In this document: piece after piece, positions 8,961 to 18,417 of the stretch | Position numbering within the stretch: position 1 is the first letter of the stretch | How the letters are laid out: the number at the start of each line of letters is the position of its first letter | Virus record (IMG/VR): IMGVR_UViG_3300020048_000017 | Span: 32,001 to 96,000 of that record | Reading direction: 5' to 3' (one strand) | Length of the DNA stretch: 64,000 bases | DNA from: a virus | Made by a program: the position numbers and the translations under genes | Notes under the pieces: model-generated | Database searches by the model: none | What the model was told of the DNA's origin: nothing | Seen by the model: only the letters and a program-made list of their open reading frames with translations

Positions 8961-9254
8961 TTATTCAGCAAGCCAACTCATTAATTCTTGAGCGGTTTCG
9001 AATTCAAAGACTTTAGTGTTAGGACTTTCGACAAGTTTTTTGACAAACTTCCCCAAATTAGCTTCGCCGTGAATCGAAAAACAGTTCCCTATTGTTAATT
9101 TGTGCAGACTCCGAGCTTGGTAGTCCCCATGGTTGTAATAAGGTCGGGTAATAAAACCTTTGGTATCCCAGCGTTCGACCCCATAGAATTTATCGGGATC
9201 GACTTCCTGAAATGAAATCGTTGGTTGTTGACTAACTGTTACTACTTCTTTCAT
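8961..9254 (-). CDS. Hypothetical protein (family with 1-81 and 118-405)
   Basis: Shared FYG and EL(F/M)xWLAE motifs. Confidence 0.75.
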   Translation of the reverse strand: MKEVVTVSQQPTISFQEVDPDKFYGVERWDTKGFITRPYYNHGDYQARSLHKLTIGNCFSIHGEANLGKFVKKLVESPNTKVFEFETAQELMSWLAE

Positions 9255-9316
9255 CTTATCAGATCTCTAAATTCTTTTTTAATACTTTCGCGTCAAGTTG
9301 TTTTTATGTATGATTA

Positions 9317-9547
9317 TTAAATAAATCTCACGAAGTCAAACTGCCTTTGAACTTTCATTGGTAAGCAAATAAAAGCCATTTCTCGCCAATCATCGCCAGT
9401 CTCGGTATAGCAAGAGTTTTCCCAGTTATCGCCTAGACAGTATGAGACATAATCTCCGCGACAGTCAATTCTCCAAGAAAGTAGAAATTTCTGCCCTTCA
9501 AAATTGATGTAAATCGTGTTCTTGTCAATTAATTTAATTTCTTTCAT
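9317..9547 (-). CDS. Hypothetical protein (start moved to MKEIK)
   Basis: Promoter at 9553-9580 puts the start at ATG 9547. Confidence 0.65.
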   Translation of the reverse strand: MKEIKLIDKNTIYINFEGQKFLLSWRIDCRGDYVSYCLGDNWENSCYTETGDDWREMAFICLPMKVQRQFDFVRFI

Positions 9548-9552
9548 GAGCC

Positions 9553-9580
9553 AATATATCATGCTGTAAAAATAAGTCAA
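9553..9580 (-). promoter_or_regulatory. Sigma70-like early promoter, leaderless
   Basis: TTGACT-N16-TATATT-N5-ATG. Confidence 0.8.
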
Positions 9581-9652
9581 GTTCTTTTTTTATAGCACCC
9601 GATTGTTCATAAGAACATGTTCATTAGAACTGCTTGGGCTTTCGCCCGAAAT

Positions 9653-10418
9653 TCATTCATTCTTCTTTCGGTGCTTCTCGATCTGATCAAAGGGTTTCCA
9701 CTTTGTAATTGCTTCAACTTTGTCGAGCCATTGATCGTGAGCTTCCCCCCATGGGCGACAAGCCTTGTGCTTCATTGCGAAGAACACGTATGCATCTTCC
9801 AGTAACGCTTTTAGTTCGCCAAGTTCCTCCTCAGGCTCAAGCGCTACATTCCCGTGTAAAATTGCCTTGGTTTTCCACTCGTCGCGCTCCCGCTCTAGGT
9901 AGCGTGCGTGCCCCATTAAATTTGGTCGATGATCATCTCTATAGAGAGCGTCCGTCTCTGGTGTGTCGCTCATGCTTCTCCTTTCGCTTTTTTGATTGCG
10001 CGCCCTGCTTGCTCGCGAAGTTCAGTTAGAATGGCGCTCTCCGATGACATGATGGACTGCAAAGCGGCGAGCAAGTGGTTGCGCTCCCGCTCAAGACGGC
10101 GGGCGAATTTGGCAGGGACGAAATCACCGGTGAAAATCGCGCCTGTCGATTCTTTCACGATACAGGGTGATGCGCACTCAAGGTAAAGGTCATCTTCTAG
10201 GTCTGTTTCTGGTGTATCGCTCATATTTCTCCTTTCGCTTTTGAGATTGCGGCAGCGCATTTTTCCCTAACGCCGTCTGGAAGTGGACCGTTCCAAGATT
10301 GATCTAGGGCGAGTTCAAGAGCGGCGAGCATGTCGTCGCGTTCCCGCTCAAGTCGGCGGGCGAATTTGGCAGGGACTACCTCGCCGCATAAAAGGTCTGT
10401 TTCTGGTGTGTCGCTCAT
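9653..10418 (-). repeat. Three tandem 'MSDTPETD' paralogous CDS (9653-9973, 9970-10224, 10221-10418) with near-identical DNA repeats
   Basis: Each starts MSDTPETD and contains LERER; 35-bp repeat at 10085-10119 / 10342-10376 with one mismatch. Confidence 0.85.
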
Positions 10419-10420
10419 AA

Positions 10421-10756
10421 TTAATAATTGCCGCCTTTGTTATTTCTTATAAAGTGTTGAGAAGAGTTTCTTAAAGTCTCTGGTTTAAATAACTTTCGTT
10501 TTTGACTAACTAGGCTGGGATTGCAACCGATTTTTTCGGCAATGTCTTTATTTTTTAAAGTCCAATCTACCATGAACCAATCGACCTTGATTCTTTTTTT
10601 ACCTACATTTTGACCCAATGTTTCGGGAGCAAATTTAGCCCTTTGCCTTGAAATGTAACTAACTTGGGTTTCAAATAAGTCAGCTAATTCAAACGAAGAA
10701 AGGGACCAGTCCACAACGGACCAGTCCCTTTTCGGCGTTAGGCCTTTATTAAGCAT
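10421..10756 (-). CDS. Protein with two tandem HTH-like repeats
   Basis: DWSVVDWSLSSFELADLF...RAKFAPETL / DWFMVDWTLKNKDIAEKI...RKLFKPETL. Confidence 0.6.
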   Translation of the reverse strand: MLNKGLTPKRDWSVVDWSLSSFELADLFETQVSYISRQRAKFAPETLGQNVGKKRIKVDWFMVDWTLKNKDIAEKIGCNPSLVSQKRKLFKPETLRNSSQHFIRNNKGGNY

Positions 10757-11715
10757 TAGTAACTTTTGCCCCGACGAATGATTTCACTGCGATCCGTCTG
10801 GTTAATGATCGCGTTCCAAGCTGCCTGCTTTTTGATAGCCGCCGTTCCGAATTCCGAAGAAACGTATTGCTTCCACTTGTTGTCTCCACCACTGCTTTCA
10901 TGGGTATAAAAGTCAGTGATAGCGCTGAAAACGTCAGCCCAGTCTTTCCCGTCATTACCTTGGCCATTGCGGAAAAGGTAGATGAGACGGTCAATAGAGT
11001 TTTGCGAGCGCTTGCTAACTTCGTCCGCGCCTTCAGGAGTTACAAAACCAGTAAACCAGTTGCGAGCGTCGTCCATAGACGCTTTTTGACCCATTAGTTC
11101 GGTAAACTTTTTTCCAAACTCACGTTGAACGTGAAGGGCCGCGCTAATGATTTCAGGCATGTTATCAATAGCGTTCATCGCATTTTTAGTGTGGCGAATT
11201 CGAACCTTGACGATTTTTCCGTTCGGGTCGCGAAGGTTTGCCCCGAAGGTATTCATACAAACCGTGCAAATGTTACTGACGTTCACCCAAAACGGAGTGC
11301 TTTGGTCAAAAGAATTCCCGAAGTTGAGAAATGCGTCGAACTTTCGGTGTTCGATTTCCAAGTCCCCTTCGTCGATTCCGAAAGAAAGGAAGACTTTGCT
11401 CCGATCCTGAAGGCTACCACAGCTTTCCAAAGGAAGGTCTGGAGCTGCCGAATAAACCATCCCGAGCATCGTTTCGTTGTTAATGACCGTATAGCTTTTA
11501 TCGTTATAAGGTTTCCCAACATTCAAGTCAGGGTTATCGGTTGCGGTGAGGATCTTGAAATCAGACTCCTTACCTCTCACTTCCATGACTTCGGGCACTA
11601 CGTCCCACGTAGCGAGCCAACAGTTGTCAAGGGAGAGATCCGGTTTAACATGGGTTTTGCCGTGCCAACCCATTTCCCGACCCTCTTGCTTATCGTGTTC
11701 TAGAATTCCGTCCAT
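10756..11715 (-). CDS. DUF932 family phage/plasmid protein
   Basis: WHG..G, G.L..RSKVF, NSFD, VCMNT, IRHT motifs and W...AIT.FYTH. Confidence 0.8.
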   Translation of the reverse strand: MDGILEHDKQEGREMGWHGKTHVKPDLSLDNCWLATWDVVPEVMEVRGKESDFKILTATDNPDLNVGKPYNDKSYTVINNETMLGMVYSAAPDLPLESCGSLQDRSKVFLSFGIDEGDLEIEHRKFDAFLNFGNSFDQSTPFWVNVSNICTVCMNTFGANLRDPNGKIVKVRIRHTKNAMNAIDNMPEIISAALHVQREFGKKFTELMGQKASMDDARNWFTGFVTPEGADEVSKRSQNSIDRLIYLFRNGQGNDGKDWADVFSAITDFYTHESSGGDNKWKQYVSSEFGTAAIKKQAAWNAIINQTDRSEIIRRGKSY

Positions 11716-11748
11716 GTTCTTTTAATTGTTTTTTGTTAACTGAGATGC

Positions 11749-11776
11749 AAGATAACACACTTCGGGAGGAAGTCAA
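11749..11776 (-). promoter_or_regulatory. Sigma70-like promoter with an A-rich leader (DUF932 gene)
   Basis: TTGACT-N16-TATCTT. Confidence 0.7.
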
Positions 11777-11789
11777 GGGATTTTTGAAT

Positions 11790-12406
11790 CTATTTTGTTT
11801 TGGCGAGCGCTGTCTTTGCTGACTCCCATTTCAAGTATTCACCCTTGTAGAATGTGTAATAAGCTCGCTCAAAGGTGGCATCATCGCTCACGAATCTGTC
11901 CCATAGCTTAGCGAGAGGCTTCAAAACACCCTCCAACTCCCCAACCCGTTCGCGCAGTTCGTCGCGCTCCTTCGTCAGCATCCCGACAAGCTCCATTGTC
12001 GGGTGATTCGATTCCGGCAGGGCGTCACAAAGAGCCTCCCGAACGTCGTAGAACTTGCGTTTCCATTCGTCGCGTTCGCGTTCAATCGCCTCCAGTTCGC
12101 GCTTTTGGCGAATGTGAAACGACGCCCATGTCTCAGTGATAAGGCGGGTCATCGCGTGTTTAGTGTCGGGAGTATCGCTCATTTGGCCTCCTTTGTTTTA
12201 GCAATAGCCGCTTCTTTTTTGTCAAGCCACCATCCGCTGTGATAAATGCCATCCGAAGTTTCAAGCACATCAATCAATTCCGCGACCCGCTCGCGAAGTC
12301 CTTCGACCTCTCTTTCTAGCCCCTGAGCAAAAACAAGGCTACACCCCGCTTCGTGGGCGCGGTTCCACTCAAGGGAATTTTGATCTGACCTAGGAGTATT
12401 GCTCAT
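11790..12406 (-). other. Two further 'MS(D/N)TP' family CDS (11790-12182, 12179-12406)
   Basis: MSDTPDT.../MSNTPRSD..., ERERD or LEREVE coiled segment. Confidence 0.7.
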
Positions 12407-12612
12407 TCTACGTGTTCCCTTTTTGCAAGTTCTTCTTTAAGAACCCTCATCTGTCTTTTTAATTGTGCCGCAGATTTTCTTTTTTCGTCCCCAATAAACT
12501 CTCCGCAACAAGAACACCTTAGGCTATAAAGAATAGCCCTTTTCTTCTTTAAGAAAGAGAGTAATCGTTTCGTATCTATTTTGGGCAGGTTATCTAAAAC
12601 AAAATTACTCAT
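12403..12612 (-). CDS. Small basic hypothetical protein
   Basis: ORF coupled to both neighbours. Confidence 0.6.
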   Translation of the reverse strand: MSNFVLDNLPKIDTKRLLSFLKKKRAILYSLRCSCCGEFIGDEKRKSAAQLKRQMRVLKEELAKREHVE

Positions 12613-12875
12613 GATGGATTAAAGATAAATATTTTATGTTTTAATTTACCTATTGTAAATTCATTGAAGCCCTTAGGAATCTCTAAAACGTGTTTCCAGT
12701 TCTGGTCCTTTCGGGCTTGAGATTTGCTAGGGAATAGTTTAAGATGAGCTAATAAATCCCACATATCAAAATTAGCGGGGATTATTTGAAAGTTTTCGGG
12801 CTCAGCCTCTGCGAAAAATAATTCTACGTCACCTTCTAAAACGTTGTCGTTATTAATTAGTAGGTTGTGTTCCAT
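12609..12875 (-). CDS. Stand-alone S4-like RNA-binding domain protein (start moved to MEHNL)
   Basis: LLAHLKLFPSKSQARK resembles the TyrRS C-terminal S4 motif. Confidence 0.5.
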   Translation of the reverse strand: MEHNLLINNDNVLEGDVELFFAEAEPENFQIIPANFDMWDLLAHLKLFPSKSQARKDQNWKHVLEIPKGFNEFTIGKLKHKIFIFNPS

Positions 12876-13401
12876 TTTTAAACCAATCTGGTTGAGTTCG
12901 GCCTTTATTCCACGTAACGAAGGGTTTATCCCAAATATAAAATTGACGATATTGTTCGCACACCGAAAAAGAATCAAAGTTTGGTAATTGTCGGCACCTT
13001 TTATCTTTATTAATGGCTACCGCAAACTCGGTAAGCCCCCCATCTGGAACTTCCGCGTCTTCAATATTATCAATAATCCAATCTAAGAAATCGTGTGAAA
13101 AGTGTCGCTTTTTATTTCGAAATATGAATTCTTCAAATTGAGCCTGAGCGTGCAGAATCAACCACTCCATATTAGTCTTAGTTTTGATGGCCCATTTTGA
13201 ACATGGGTGATGAGGGTAAGAATGCTTGCGAGAGTGCCCCTTTTGAGTTTTGGGGCAATCTGTAGCCGACAACCTCTCAATAGAAAAACAGTTCGAAAGA
13301 ATCTGAATTGTTTCTTTAGATTGAGAAGTAATATGGGTGTCGCATTGCATTTTTGCCGACTCTTCGGGGCAATATGTATTTGACAGGATGAATATGTTCA
13401 T
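12853..13401 (-). CDS. Pyrimidine-dimer DNA glycosylase (DenV/endonuclease V-like family)
   Basis: MNIF.L...A...CD.H ... HPC.KW ... N..WL ... Y/F..R..K.H pattern. Confidence 0.7.
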   Translation of the reverse strand: MNIFILSNTYCPEESAKMQCDTHITSQSKETIQILSNCFSIERLSATDCPKTQKGHSRKHSYPHHPCSKWAIKTKTNMEWLILHAQAQFEEFIFRNKKRHFSHDFLDWIIDNIEDAEVPDGGLTEFAVAINKDKRCRQLPNFDSFSVCEQYRQFYIWDKPFVTWNKGRTQPDWFKNGTQPTN

Positions 13402-13407
13402 GTCGTC

Positions 13408-13435
13408 ACTATAAACCCGATTTCACAAATGTCAA
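13408..13435 (-). promoter_or_regulatory. Sigma70-like early promoter, leaderless
   Basis: TTGACA-N16-TATAGT-N6-ATG. Confidence 0.85.
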
Positions 13436-14503
13436 GCTTTGATTTTATCAACTGCCGCCCGAAGTTCTTCGAAAGCTTCCATCGAAAAGGTTTGACAACC
13501 GACAACAATTTTATCAGGATGAACCCCTGCGGTGTAAGAACTGTTGAGTTTTACTTCAATAGGTTTTGATTTCGGGAAAAGATCCCTTGTGTAAAGATCG
13601 TTGAGAGTAATTTCCTCATCACCGTAACCTTTGTCCAAGTAGATGTTCCCATTCCTGAGATACATTGTGGTTTCTTTAATTAGGACTTTTTGGCCCGATA
13701 AGACCCACCCAATACCAAGTTCAAAAAGCCTCTCTTGAATAACTTTTGAATGTTCGGGGCTAACTGCTTTGATTACGTATTTCATTATATTTTTAGGAAA
13801 GAGTTCGTCGAATTTAGATTGTTTTAAATAGTAATTAACCGAAGGTGAGTCTCCTGTCAACGAACCGAAAGAAGGCATACCTAAGTCTGAGGATTTTATA
13901 CCAAGTTGATCTACCAAGCATTTCTTGTTGTCTCCTTCTCCGATACAAACAAGATCTGGGAATTGCTTGCCATTTTTACCCCTGTCAATCCAATATTGTC
14001 TATCTTTCATATAATTTCCAATTCTCTTGCACGTTTTTCAATATAAACTCTTTCTTCGGCTTTTCTTTTTTCTAGAGCGTCTTTTACGGCTTGAATTTCT
14101 TCTTTGGTTTCCTCGCGATCTGCAACAAGGTAGTAACTCTCTCGGTCTGAGTAATTGTGAGAATCGTTTTCAAACCTATAATTCGAAAATTTAGGATCTT
14201 TCTGAACCCCTTTGAGTTCTTCTATTAGGTCTTCCAAACCCATTTCAAAATCAAAATACTCGATTATTACTTTTTTCATATCTTATTAAAACACCTGCCG
14301 TTATATTCGTAAAGGTTATCGTTAATTGAAATGCGGTCCATTATTTTCAAGGGTCGGACCCCAATATCTTCGCAAATTGATTTGTTATTTAAATCACTAA
14401 CCACCCTCATTAAGACTATTCCCTCGTTGGTTTCGTCATCCATTAGGATTTCTCGGTAGTCTGTAACTTTACCTTTGTTAAAATAGTAAACAAGAATGTT
14501 CAT
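13432..14503 (-). other. Three hypothetical CDS (13432-14010, 14007-14279, 14276-14503)
   Basis: Coupled ORFs. Confidence 0.7.
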
Positions 14504-14988
14504 CGAACTTTCAAAGGACCCAGCCTGTCAAAATTTCCGCTCTTAATTTTTTGAACCCGATCATAAGCAAGAATGCTTCCTACCACTGCCACATTAAGAC
14601 AGTGGATTGCGTCGGGAATTTCCACGATATAATCGCACTTTCTTTGAACTTCTTCGGGCAACCCTGAGTCCTCCGCTCCGAGTAGATAAACCGCCCTGAG
14701 AGGGTGTTTAAATGTATTAAGCGGTTTTGATCTTTTTGAAATTTCAATTCCAATTAAAGCAGCCCCTTTGGGAAAACAGCTAATAAATTGATCAAAGTCT
14801 TCGTATTGAAATAGCGGGATGGATTGCCAAGCTCTCCGAGTGTCGGTCATCCTACGTTGGTAACGCTCTCCGATAGTAAAGATGTGATTTGCACCGAACG
14901 CTTGAGCAGACCTCCAGATCGTGCCTGTGTTTTCAGGAAACTTTGCACCGTAAGTGCCGATTGAGAACCAAGAGTCGTTATTTAGCAT
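14500..14988 (-). CDS. SpoU/TrmH-family RNA methyltransferase (start moved to MLNND)
   Basis: ENTGTIWRSA..FG, LGAEDSGL, IP....LNVA SPOUT motifs; promoter at 14995-15022. Confidence 0.85.
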   Translation of the reverse strand: MLNNDSWFSIGTYGAKFPENTGTIWRSAQAFGANHIFTIGERYQRRMTDTRRAWQSIPLFQYEDFDQFISCFPKGAALIGIEISKRSKPLNTFKHPLRAVYLLGAEDSGLPEEVQRKCDYIVEIPDAIHCLNVAVVGSILAYDRVQKIKSGNFDRLGPLKVR

Positions 14989-14994
14989 GTTTCG

Positions 14995-15022
14995 ATTATA
15001 ACACACCTTTTCCTGTTGTCAA
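14995..15022 (-). promoter_or_regulatory. Sigma70-like early promoter, leaderless
   Basis: TTGACA-N16-TATAAT-N6-ATG. Confidence 0.85.
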
Positions 15023-16390
15023 GAGCTTTCTTCGTTAATTTCTTGATACTCCCAGAAACCCTCTTCTTTGACTTTTCCCCAGATTTTGGTTCTTTGAGTT
15101 ACTACAAACCTGCGCCTATTTAATTTAGTAGGGATCGGTTTAAAATATACCCAATAATTATCACTGTCAACTTTGTAATTACGAGTTAAACAATGCGGAC
15201 AGGATCTCGACGCTACTAATGGTTCTCCCACTTCAGTTTTCTTAAAAGTCCTAGGGTTTGATATACTTTTGTGATCTTTGGGAATCTCCATTTCGCACTT
15301 AGCACACAAAATAATAACCTCCCATTCTTTGACTTCGACGATTAATTCAAACTTGTCTTTCCAAAAATTAAGCCGCGCCTCATCCAGCGGAGAGGTGTAT
15401 TTCTGCGTAAACTTTTCAGTCATAGTGCCTTTTTAATAAAGTATAGTATGTAGTGCCTTTATAAACAAGAACCGCTTCCGTCTCATCCGTCATACTTTCA
15501 CGCCAGTCTGGGTTTTCAGAACAGTCTAATAACTCAAAGTATTCATTTTCCAGCCCACAATTTAAAAACATCATGTGCATCCCGAGTTCGGATTTTAATC
15601 CTTCGGGTAGTTCTTCTAAACTGTTCATTTTAAATAATCCTGTAGTTTTGATTTAGCCTTTTCCTTAAGGTTCTCAACCTGTTGATCCACAGCTTTGTTC
15701 GCCGCTTGTTCGATAATCCTTTGTGGGTTGAGGATCGTTAGGTAAAGAATTACAACCAAAAGCGCCGATGCTCCGATTCCTGCTAAAATTCCTAAAAAGA
15801 ATGGTTTGTTCATTTTCCGCACTTTGGGCAAATAGCCCTGCCAGTTGAGGTATAGTTTACCATTGAGAAACATTTCGGGCAAAACCCAAACGACTTAATA
15901 ATTCTGTTGATCCAATAATTACTACGCAATTTTAATTTTATCAAGAATATTTTCATTTAAAAGAGTTTTTTATCTAGCCAGCCGCGATGATCTGCTTCGC
16001 AATAAATAATAACTGGAACAAGAATGACCCAAAGTAAAGAGTGAGGTATCAATTCTAAAAGGTCACGACCTGTTACCCCCCCGTCTATCACTTTAGTAAG
16101 CGCGATGAGTAAAGCCCACCCCACCAACCAGTAGATAAAGATATATGTTAAGATTTCTGCCATTGTTTTATCCCTTTTCTAAAGTTCGCACCGTATTCGC
16201 CCTCTTCTTTCCAAGGGTTTCCTTCTAAAGTTTCTAGTATGTTTTTGAAAATATCTAAGCCGTGAGTTGTTGAAAAAATCAGCCTTTTAAAAAACTTATT
16301 ATGAAGCTCTTCCCTGAGCCTTACGAATTTTTCGGCATCAAAGATCCGAAGTTCTTCTATAGAATTTTCGCAAAAGGTTTTTAAATTCAT
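15019..16390 (-). other. Five small CDS (15019-15423, 15416-15628, 15625-15882, 15957-16163, 16148-16390); two are membrane proteins
   Basis: ORF track; hydrophobic segments in 15625-15882 and 15957-16163. Confidence 0.65.
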
Positions 16391-16992
16391 TTCCGGTGTC
16401 TAAAAGAGGTTCTTAGATCGAACCCATGAGAAACCACTTTTTCTTTATCGGTTTGTTTATCTGGAATGGGCGGATTATCTACGCACCAGCTAAGGAAATT
16501 CGAGATTTCGACGTAGACTTCATGAGGAGTCATAACAGATCCAAAATTAAATTGGTTTAAAGTTAAAGGCTCCGTGAGATCGCATTTGTTAGGATCTTCG
16601 CTCTTGGATATCAAAACGGGTTTCCAAAGAAGTCTATTAAAGTTTTCTGGATACCAGTTTTCCTCCAATCTTTGAGCCCGTCTTACAAGCTTTTTATCCT
16701 GTGCATAATAGAAAAGAAAATCTAAGTCGCTAGACCAACAATCTTTACGAGTTGATTTTACTTTTAAAAATTCCTCTAAAACTTTAAGAATGTTTTCTGC
16801 CCCGTATCTGAACCTCCCATCGTAGAAGGTTGTAAAATAACGAAACCCATTAATAAAAATGAAATAAGAATCACCGTTACGAACGTCTCCTATTCCAAGG
16901 CCTGATCGTCGATCATAAACAATTTTCTCATCGGTCCCATAGACCCCTTGGAGGTAGTCGTAGTAATCTTTCGTCTTTGCGATTATTTTCAT
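16387..16992 (-). CDS. Conserved-looking hypothetical phage protein (start moved to MKIIAK)
   Basis: KDYYDY..G.D...VYDR and K...HGFD.K/RTSFR motifs; promoter at 16998-17026. Confidence 0.7.
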   Translation of the reverse strand: MKIIAKTKDYYDYLQGVYGTDEKIVYDRRSGLGIGDVRNGDSYFIFINGFRYFTTFYDGRFRYGAENILKVLEEFLKVKSTRKDCWSSDLDFLFYYAQDKKLVRRAQRLEENWYPENFNRLLWKPVLISKSEDPNKCDLTEPLTLNQFNFGSVMTPHEVYVEISNFLSWCVDNPPIPDKQTDKEKVVSHGFDLRTSFRHRK

Positions 16993-16997
16993 TCCGC

Positions 16998-17026
16998 ACC
17001 ATAACACCCTTTTGGGGGTTTGTCAA
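16998..17026 (-). promoter_or_regulatory. Sigma70-like early promoter, leaderless
   Basis: TTGACA-N17-TATGGT-N5-ATG. Confidence 0.75.
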
Positions 17027-17136
17027 GAAGTTTTATCTAAATTTAGACCTAATAAATGAAGAGACTTCATCCACGATTGTTAATATCCAAACAAATATAA
17101 TAATGCAGGAAAATAGCAAAATATTGACGATCTGTT

Positions 17137-17412
17137 TCAAAATATTGTAACTAATGTGTCGGTTTTTGTATCGTAGATGATTTCATAAGAATGGGCTTCT
17201 ACTTTTAGTTCGTAACCCTTGCGGTCGCCTATTCTTGTGCATTTTAATTTACCAGATCTTAATTTAAACATAATGTTTTGATAAATTGGTTCAATACATC
17301 TTACGCCAACCCTTTCAAAATACCTTGTCTTAAAGTGGGTTTTTTGATTAATACTTAATTCAGACTTACTTTTTGTTTTCCCGATAAAATTATAAACTGC
17401 CCTGACTTTCAT
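17137..17412 (-). CDS. Hypothetical basic protein
   Basis: ORF track. Confidence 0.6.
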   Translation of the reverse strand: MKVRAVYNFIGKTKSKSELSINQKTHFKTRYFERVGVRCIEPIYQNIMFKLRSGKLKCTRIGDRKGYELKVEAHSYEIIYDTKTDTLVTIF

Positions 17413-17857
17413 TTTTAAAAAGTGATTGAACCTGACGTTTCTTAACGTCCGCTAAGCAGCAAACGCACCATTTTTCTCTCCCCTCTAAAGTAAATGAGTG
17501 TGGCAATTTATCATCAAAATAAATTACATCGCCTTTTTCAATCGTGTATGCAGAAACCTTTTTGTTTCTATAATCTTTAAGGTTTTTAAAGTAAGAAAAT
17601 ACTCCTCCACCTTGAAGGACTCCAATTACCACTCCGTAATTTTTTGATGACGTTGAGTCTATGTGCATACCTACGTTCTGAAATGCGTAGATAGCGGACT
17701 CTTCAACCTCCAAACCCCGTTGGTTTAGAACTTCTCTAAATTCAGCACATGGAGTTAGTGGAGTCACCTCTCCCGTGTAAACTTTTAAGTTTTTAATATT
17801 CGGAACCCTACCCCTGAGGGCTTTTAGTTGTTTTCCTGTCAAATTAAAAAGTCTCAT
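17390..17857 (-). CDS. 2OG-Fe(II) oxygenase / cupin-fold protein
   Basis: HID ... GDVIYFD..LPHS (HxD...H facial triad). Confidence 0.6.
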   Translation of the reverse strand: MRLFNLTGKQLKALRGRVPNIKNLKVYTGEVTPLTPCAEFREVLNQRGLEVEESAIYAFQNVGMHIDSTSSKNYGVVIGVLQGGGVFSYFKNLKDYRNKKVSAYTIEKGDVIYFDDKLPHSFTLEGREKWCVCCLADVKKRQVQSLFKNESQGSL

Positions 17858-17876
17858 TCTTTTTGTTTTTTAGAAA

Positions 17877-18417
17877 TCATTTGCGCCGCTTCTTGTGGTG
17901 TCTCACCTTTTCCTTTTTCTTAGGTCGGGTAATTTTGCTCAGAACGTATCTAATTATCTCAAGGTGACGTTTGTTTTCCTTGTCGAATTTTTCAAGTTCT
18001 TCTTTACTAGACCCGAATGAAAGAGAAGTATAGTCAGGAAGGGGTTCTCCCGAAGTGTCGTATTTGTTATTAGAGTCTGAAGTCATAAGTTATAATATTG
18101 TCCGCAAGTATTTCAAACCTGCGAAGGTCGCCCTCTAGTTTAAGAGGGGCTTGGTTTATTTGAAAAGTGTCTCCCGATAATTTGTCAAAGATTTTAAAAC
18201 CTTGTAAATATTGAGATATCACCACCAGAATGTCTTGATAAACGTCTATTCCGACTTGGAGAGAAATTACCTGTTGTTCTAGATTTTCAACGTATTCTTT
18301 ATCAATTGTCATGATCGGTTTCGTCACCCCAGAAGTTATCATCATAATCTTCCTCTTCTTTGTAAGGATTGAAGTCTTCGCCATATTCACCGATCTCCAA
18401 GAGGAAGTTAAAGGCAT
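17877..18417 (-). other. Two small hypothetical CDS (17877-18086, about 18070-18340)
   Basis: ORF track; the start of the second is uncertain. Confidence 0.55.

Noticed and set aside
9653-10418. CRISPR array
   Set aside because: The repeats are few, lie inside paralogous coding sequences and are not regularly spaced
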